Shown one piece after another: positions 53,406 through 58,511 of a stretch of 58,511 nt of DNA. Positions within the stretch are counted from its first letter, which is position 1; the number at the start of each line of letters is the position of its first letter. Position numbers and translations under genes: made by a program. The stretch is from Gemmatimonadota bacterium (lineage in GTDB: Bacteria > Gemmatimonadota > Gemmatimonadetes > Gemmatimonadales > GWC2-71-9), in assembly GCA_017889745.1 (NCBI GenBank), contig JAGGAG010000001.1, forward strand, positions 1 to 58,511, in the 5' to 3' direction. The notes beneath the pieces are model-generated. The model was not told the DNA's origin, made no database searches, and was given only the letters and a program-made list of their open reading frames with translations.

Positions 53406-54257
53406 CTACGCCACGACCCGCCAGGCATGTGTGTAGACCGTGTGCGATTCCTGCCGCGTGAACCCGCAGAGCGTCAGGTTGGCCTGATGCGCCATCCGCA
53501 CCGCGAGCGCCGTCGCGCCTGAGACTGTCACCAGCAGGCTCGCACCGAGCATCGCCGTCTTGTGCACCATCTCGAAGCTCGCGCGGCTCGTCACCACCAC
53601 GAACCCGGCCTGCGGATCGATGCGGCGGGTCAGCACAGCGCCGATGAGCTTGTCCAGCGCGTTGTGCCGCCCCACGTCCTCGCGCACCAGCGACACCCTG
53701 CCGTCGAAGCCCGCCCAGCCCGCGGCATGCACCGCGCCGGCCGAACGATTGAGTTCCTGCTGCGCCACCAGCCCGTCGAGGGCGCGGTGGATGGCCAGGC
53801 CGGAGACCGCCCTGCCGTCGGGCACCTCGGATACCGGCCGCAACACGGCGTCCACGCTGTCGCTGCCGCACACGCCGCAGCCGGTCCGGCCCGAGAGCCG
53901 CCGCGTGCGGCCGTTGATGACCTCCATGCACTCCGGCGCCACCGTCGCCTGCATCTCCATGCCGCGCTCGTGCGGCACGCACGCAATGGCGAGCATGTCG
54001 GCGGGCGACCGGATGAGCCCCTCGGTGATGCTGAAGCCCAGGGTGAAGTCGATGAGGTTGGTGGGTGTCGCCATCATCACGACATGCGGGATGTCGTTGT
54101 AAACGATGGTGACCGGCGCCTCCTCCGCAATCATGTCCTCACGTTCGGTGCGGACCCCTCGGTCCCAGCGCACGACGTGATGCGGTATGAGTGGATCCGC
54201 AGTGCCGAGCCGGAGCAGGGCGTCGGGCTGGGTGAGCCAGTCGGTGTTGGTGCCCAT
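53406..54257 (-). CDS. fdhD: formate dehydrogenase accessory sulfurtransferase FdhD
   Basis: Has GRTGCGVCG and EDVGRHNALDKLIG, the FdhD signatures. Strong SD GAAGGAGGAG. Confidence 0.9.
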   Translation of the reverse strand: MGTNTDWLTQPDALLRLGTADPLIPHHVVRWDRGVRTEREDMIAEEAPVTIVYNDIPHVVMMATPTNLIDFTLGFSITEGLIRSPADMLAIACVPHERGMEMQATVAPECMEVINGRTRRLSGRTGCGVCGSDSVDAVLRPVSEVPDGRAVSGLAIHRALDGLVAQQELNRSAGAVHAAGWAGFDGRVSLVREDVGRHNALDKLIGAVLTRRIDPQAGFVVVTSRASFEMVHKTAMLGASLLVTVSGATALAVRMAHQANLTLCGFTRQESHTVYTHAWRVVA

Positions 54258-54318
54258 GGTCTCCTCCTTCCACTAATCCTAACCCGGATGGAGTCGGGCT
54301 CAGGCCGCTGGAAAGGAA

Positions 54319-54344
54319 AACGCCCCTGCCGAAGCAGGGGCGTT
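54319..54344 (-). terminator. intrinsic terminator of the lipoprotein gene
   Basis: On the minus strand: AACGCCCCTGC-TTCG-GCAGGGGCGTT followed by TTTTCCTTTCC. Confidence 0.75.
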
Positions 54345-54385
54345 GTGCCGGGATTTCGAGGTTCTGCGGCGCTCCGACCAGCGTG

Positions 54386-54889
54386 CTAGTCCGGCAACGT
54401 AGTGTCGACGTAGATGAACCCCGAGTTGCCAGCGGTCGGGACCGCGATCACACGGTGGACCGGCCGGCAGAAGTCTCCTGTCTCGGGCGGGCATGGGTCT
54501 CCAACAATCCAGCGACCGGGACTCACCAGTCCGCCTGCGTCCACGGTGTCCTTCCCCTGCGCGAGGAGGCCTGGGAGGTTCAGGCTGAACGTGATGACCT
54601 GCCCCACCGCGGGTGACTCGTCCAGACCCGGATAGACAACCGAGAAGACCGGATCGGGGGTCACCACGGTAACGACGGTGTCGTGGGCCGGCACTCCGCC
54701 GATCTCCGGAATCGTGATGGTGACCTGTTCCACGGCGTACCCGTCCACGGGCTCCACGGCTATCACGTACACCGCGGTCGACGCTGGCGGAGGCGTAAGC
54801 GGCGTACCAGTGGTGTTGTCTTCGCAGGAGGCAAGAAACGCCGTGGCCGCGAGTACAACCACTGATCGACTGACGATTCGATGAAGCAT
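54386..54889 (-). CDS. hypothetical lipoprotein
   Basis: Signal plus lipobox VVLAATAFLASC. The body is beta-rich. No motif recognised. Confidence 0.55.
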   Translation of the reverse strand: MLHRIVSRSVVVLAATAFLASCEDNTTGTPLTPPPASTAVYVIAVEPVDGYAVEQVTITIPEIGGVPAHDTVVTVVTPDPVFSVVYPGLDESPAVGQVITFSLNLPGLLAQGKDTVDAGGLVSPGRWIVGDPCPPETGDFCRPVHRVIAVPTAGNSGFIYVDTTLPD

Positions 54890-55224
54890 GCTCGGTTCTC
54901 CCTCGTTGGGTAAGGACGATCCCGCGAGTCAGGCAGCCCGCCGATCCGTGGGTCGATTTGGAGGCCGGGCGGGGCGCAGCGTGCGACAATCCCGTCGGCA
55001 TCACGCGAACGTTGCTCTGTGACGAACCTGAATCTGCTGTGGGACTGGGTTGGATATCGACAAGTTACCGCTCGGGTACAGGCGCCGCAAGACGGTATCG
55101 GTGAAGCGAAAGCTTCAGTTCGCAACGGCTTGGCTCGCGCGCGGATGAGCGTCGCGGTGAGAGTCGCTCGTCTATTGCGTTTCATTCAGCAACGCCATCG
55201 GGCGACGGCTCCGCCCGCTACAAG

Positions 55225-55258
55225 GAACCCCGCCCGGTGGCGTTTCCGGGCGGGGTTC
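55225..55258 (-). terminator. 13-bp perfect hairpin after the EEP gene
   Basis: GAACCCCGCCCGG, an 8-nt loop, then CCGGGCGGGGTTC, 18 nt past the stop at 55276. There is no U-tract. Confidence 0.5.
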
Positions 55259-55275
55259 GGGCCTTCGAGTGCGAA

Positions 55276-56478
55276 CTACCGCTGTGCAATCTGCGACGGC
55301 ACCAGGACCACACCGGCGAACAGCCCGCCGTGATCCGAGGGCCACAGCCCGGAACTGGTGCGCTCCTTCAGTTCATCGCCGAAGACCGTCATGACGGCGG
55401 GTCCCACGCGGCGATGCGCGTCAGCCTTGATCCACACGTAGTCGAGCCGGCGGTCGAGCATCGACGTGGCGTCCTGCAGGTCGGGCGAGTGACAGCAAGT
55501 GGCACTGCTCTCCGGGCGGCCGATCCGCGCGGTCCACAGGTCGGTGTAACCAGCCTGGATCATCTGGTCATGCGGCGAGCCGGCCGGGTCGCTTGGCTCG
55601 GAGTTGAAGTCGCCGGCCACCACCACCGGCAGCGTCGTCACGGACAGGTCCTGCAGCAGCTCTGCCACCTGCGCTTCCTGGACCTCCTTCACCGGTGTCC
55701 GCGGCTCCGGGTGCGTGCTCACCACGCGGAAGCTGCGCCCGAGGATAGTCAGGTCGGCGCCGACGTATCCTCGTTTGATCGCCACCGGGATCGGCCCGAG
55801 GTTGACCGGCAGGTAGGCCTGGTAGTTCTTCGCGGTGACGTTGCTCACGCCGACGCCGCGCCGCGCCAGCAGCACGTCATAGTCGACCAGCGAGGCAAAT
55901 GCTGCGGGAAGGCCATCGGGCCCGTTGATGATCTCACCGGTGTTGGGGTCGATGGAGAGCGGAATGAAGACTTCGGTGTTCTTGACCTGACCCACGACTC
56001 GATAGTCCAGGTGCCGCACCGCCAGAGCGCTCATGAAGATCGGCAGGAAGTCGGTCGTGTTATCGGCCACGCCGTAGTCGCCCAGGCCGCGACGGGCGAC
56101 GGTGGAGATCTCGTTCAGGCTGACGACGTCGGGTCCCTGGCGCCTGATCTCGTCGGCCATACGGTTGGCCCTCGCGGACCAGTCGGTGGCGTCAAAGGTC
56201 TGCAGGGCGGCAAGCAGCGCACCGAAGAGCACCGCCGGGTCGCTGGACGAGGCGCCCGCCTCGATCACCGCATCGACGTCGGTGCCGACGTAGACGTTCT
56301 GCTGGTAGATGCGGATCAGGGCCGCGCCGTGCACCGCGGCGTGCCATTGATCGGATGAGATGATGGTCTCGGCGTCGTTGTCGGGCGTGGGTGCGGGCGC
56401 GGTGCTGTCGACCGACGAGGGGCTGTCGCAGGCCGTCAGGAACGCGGCGGCGATGAGCAATGCTGATGAAGCTTTCAT
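55276..56478 (-). CDS. endonuclease/exonuclease/phosphatase (EEP) family lipoprotein
   Basis: ATG 56478 follows the SD GGAGG. Lipobox AAFLTAC. EEP motifs are SLNE, VVAGDFNSEPSD and PSDHGGL at the C-terminus. Confidence 0.8.
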   Translation of the reverse strand: MKASSALLIAAAFLTACDSPSSVDSTAPAPTPDNDAETIISSDQWHAAVHGAALIRIYQQNVYVGTDVDAVIEAGASSSDPAVLFGALLAALQTFDATDWSARANRMADEIRRQGPDVVSLNEISTVARRGLGDYGVADNTTDFLPIFMSALAVRHLDYRVVGQVKNTEVFIPLSIDPNTGEIINGPDGLPAAFASLVDYDVLLARRGVGVSNVTAKNYQAYLPVNLGPIPVAIKRGYVGADLTILGRSFRVVSTHPEPRTPVKEVQEAQVAELLQDLSVTTLPVVVAGDFNSEPSDPAGSPHDQMIQAGYTDLWTARIGRPESSATCCHSPDLQDATSMLDRRLDYVWIKADAHRRVGPAVMTVFGDELKERTSSGLWPSDHGGLFAGVVLVPSQIAQR

Positions 56479-56792
56479 GGGAACCTCCGTTTCGTGTGGA
56501 GCAAGTGGACCCAAACACACTCGCCGCCCGCAATCAAGGCAGCATCAAGAGCGCCCGGCGACGGAGGTTGCCAGCGGCTTGGGGTCGGGCATACATATGG
56601 TGAAGGCTGACCCCTGCCCTGGAGCATTGATTGCGCACGATGAACGAGGTCCTGCCGACGCTGTCATTCACGATGCTCGTGTCCGCCGCTGGCAAGCGGG
56701 CCGCCCCCAGTTCAGAAGCAGTAGCCCGTGTTGCCGGGACGGAGCGGCCCGGAGTACCTTCTCCGGCGCTCTTGCAGGGCCGGATGGCGTCC

Positions 56793-56863
<71 letters not shown>

Positions 56864-57091
56864 CTCAATTCTGCAGTCCAGTAACCGACTACCACGTCAC
56901 AACTTGCACCGCATCACTGCCCAAATGGGCGTCGTGCGTGTATGCTTACGCCGGGAGCCGTTGCGCAGAACTACGTTTCTGACGCGCCGGCTCCCGGTCG
57001 TTTTCAGGGTCGACACCCAACCTCGAGAGCACACGAGAAGACAACTCGGTGTCCTTGCCATGGGTGGAGTTTCACTTCACGCAAGGCAGCT

Positions 57092-58511
57092 ATGCGTCCG
57101 CTTCGCATCGGCATTCTCGATCTCGTAGCTCGTGCTCCCACCACCGCGATCTATTCCCGTGTCATGAACCCGAACCTGGCCGGCATCATGCCGCAGATCA
57201 TCGCGGTCTGGTGTGAGCAGGCAGGTCATGACGTGCACCTGGTCTGCTACACCGGGTTCGAGGACCTGCAGGCGGAACTTCCGCTCGACGTGGACGTACT
57301 CTTCGTGAGCGCGTTCTCGCAGTCGGCGCAGCTGGCCTATGCCATCAGCAACATGTTCCAGCAGCGCGGCGCCGTCACGGTGCTCGGCGGGCCCCACGCC
57401 CGCTGTTATCCCGAGGATGCCGGCCGCTTCTTCGACTACGTGCTCGGCTTCACCGACCGGAGCACGGTGCTCGAGATCCTGGCTGACCGGGAGCAGCATC
57501 GTCCGGAGGGTCGCCAGCTCGCGGCCTCGCAGCAGCCCAAGGACCTCCCCACGCTCGCCGAGCGCTGGAAGTACGTGGAGCGCACGCTGGCCAAGGCCCC
57601 GGTCATCCAGATGGTGCCGATGCTCGCGAGCCTCGGCTGCCCGTACACCTGCAGCTTCTGCATCGATTCGACGGTCGAGTACCAGCCGCTCGGGTTCGAC
57701 CGGCTCTCGGAAGACATCCAGTTCCTGCTGACCAAGCACAAGCGGCCGATCGTCGGGTGGCATGACCCGAACTTCGGTATCCGCTTCGAGGAGTGCATGG
57801 AGACGCTGGAGCGCGCCGATCCGACCACGCGCATCCGGCACATCGCGGAGAGCAGTCTCTCGGTGCTCAACGAGACGCACCTCAAGCGGCTGCAGAAGAA
57901 CGGCTTCAAGGCGATCCTGCCCGGGGTCGAGTCATGGTACGATCTCGGCAACAAGTCGAAGACCCGGCGCACCGGCATGGACAAGGTGACGCAGGTGGCG
58001 GAGCACGTGAACATGATCCTCCGCTACATCCCGTACATCCAGACGAATTTCGTGCTGGGCCTGGACGGGGACGTGGGTCCGGAGCCGTTCGAACTCACCA
58101 AGAAGTTCCTCGACCTGGCACCGGGTGCGTTCCCGGGCTATTCGCTGCTGTCGGCATTCGGCAAGGCGGCGCCGTTGAATCTGGAGTACCAGCGCGATGC
58201 GCGTGTACTGCCCTTCCCGCATCACTTCCTGAACAACAACCACGCGATGAACGTGAAGCCGAAGAACTACGCGTGGCCGGAGTTCTACGACCGCCTCATC
58301 GACCTCACGAAGTACTCGTTCTCCGGCGGGATGATCGCGAAGCGGTTCTTCGGGAACAACGAGATCATCCCGCGCGGCATGAACGTTGTCCGGGCGGTGT
58401 CGTCGGAGGGCTGGGGGCGCATCAAGTACCACAGCACCATCCGCGGCCTGCTCGATACCGACCGCTCGGTGCGCGACTACCTCGAGGGCGAGAGCACGGT
58501 GCTGCCCGACT
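57092..58511 (+). CDS. B12-binding-domain radical SAM protein (3' end truncated by the window edge)
   Basis: Absent from the ORF track because it has no stop within the window. My translation begins MRPLRIGILDLVA..., has a Rossmann-like N-terminal domain and then LGCPYTCSFC (CxxxCxxC). Third positions are GC-rich throughout. The three minus-strand track ORFs here are shadows. Confidence 0.85.
   Translation, partial: MRPLRIGILDLVARAPTTAIYSRVMNPNLAGIMPQIIAVWCEQAGHDVHLVCYTGFEDLQAELPLDVDVLFVSAFSQSAQLAYAISNMFQQRGAVTVLGGPHARCYPEDAGRFFDYVLGFTDRSTVLEILADREQHRPEGRQLAASQQPKDLPTLAERWKYVERTLAKAPVIQMVPMLASLGCPYTCSFCIDSTVEYQPLGFDRLSEDIQFLLTKHKRPIVGWHDPNFGIRFEECMETLERADPTTRIRHIAESSLSVLNETHLKRLQKNGFKAILPGVESWYDLGNKSKTRRTGMDKVTQVAEHVNMILRYIPYIQTNFVLGLDGDVGPEPFELTKKFLDLAPGAFPGYSLLSAFGKAAPLNLEYQRDARVLPFPHHFLNNNHAMNVKPKNYAWPEFYDRLIDLTKYSFSGGMIAKRFFGNNEIIPRGMNVVRAVSSEGWGRIKYHSTIRGLLDTDRSVRDYLEGESTVLPD

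Noticed and set aside
56864-57091. Genomic island or integrated element at the tRNA-Cys 3' flank.
   Set aside because: There is no integrase, no att-like direct repeat of the tRNA 3' end, and no phage or IS genes within the visible 1.6 kb. It is noted only as a compositional break.

Overview
This is a high-GC chromosomal segment (about two-thirds G+C by eye) from a diderm bacterium. Omp85/BamA-like, TolC-like and RND genes are present, and many signal peptides end in ...AQ. My unverified impression is that it is Gemmatimonadota-like. I support about 50 protein genes, one tRNA-Cys, one TPP riboswitch and several hairpin terminators.

Gene content is mostly housekeeping:
- thiC
- hsp20 next to a LuxR-type two-component pair
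- potABCD
- an RND efflux operon followed by two secreted metallopeptidases
- bcp, lepB and an MFS transporter
- a binding-protein/MCP pair
- cspA
- a Tat-exported class V aminotransferase
- a Big_2/LVIVD protein
- a MerR-like/LemA/M48 operon
- an HD-GYP regulator and an MqnD-like gene
- glnA, a HAD hydrolase and an Omp85 protein
- the imuA-imuB-dnaE2 mutasome cassette
- PAP2, fdhD and an EEP-family lipoprotein
- a 3'-truncated B12-type radical SAM gene that is missing from the ORF track

Most long antisense ORFs in the track are high-GC shadow frames.

The most unusual signal is a family of roughly 75-nt palindromes whose arms are tandem 7-mers.
- Three copies sit in frame inside dnaE2, from two sequence families.
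- A related repeat lies in imuB.
- One copy supplies the last five codons and the stop codon of an unrelated gene.
- In both GTGAACG-family dnaE2 copies, the one unit whose TGA would fall in frame reads TCA instead.

Other points worth a second look:
- a roughly 750-nt stretch with no credible CDS and nested hairpins (34.85-35.6 kb)
- AT-rich, inverted-repeat-dense control regions at 25.7-25.9 kb and at the imuA start codon
- a roughly 160-nt out-of-frame imuA/imuB overlap
- a PAP2 gene with no canonical start codon

I found no CRISPR array, transposase, integrase or recognisable defence genes.
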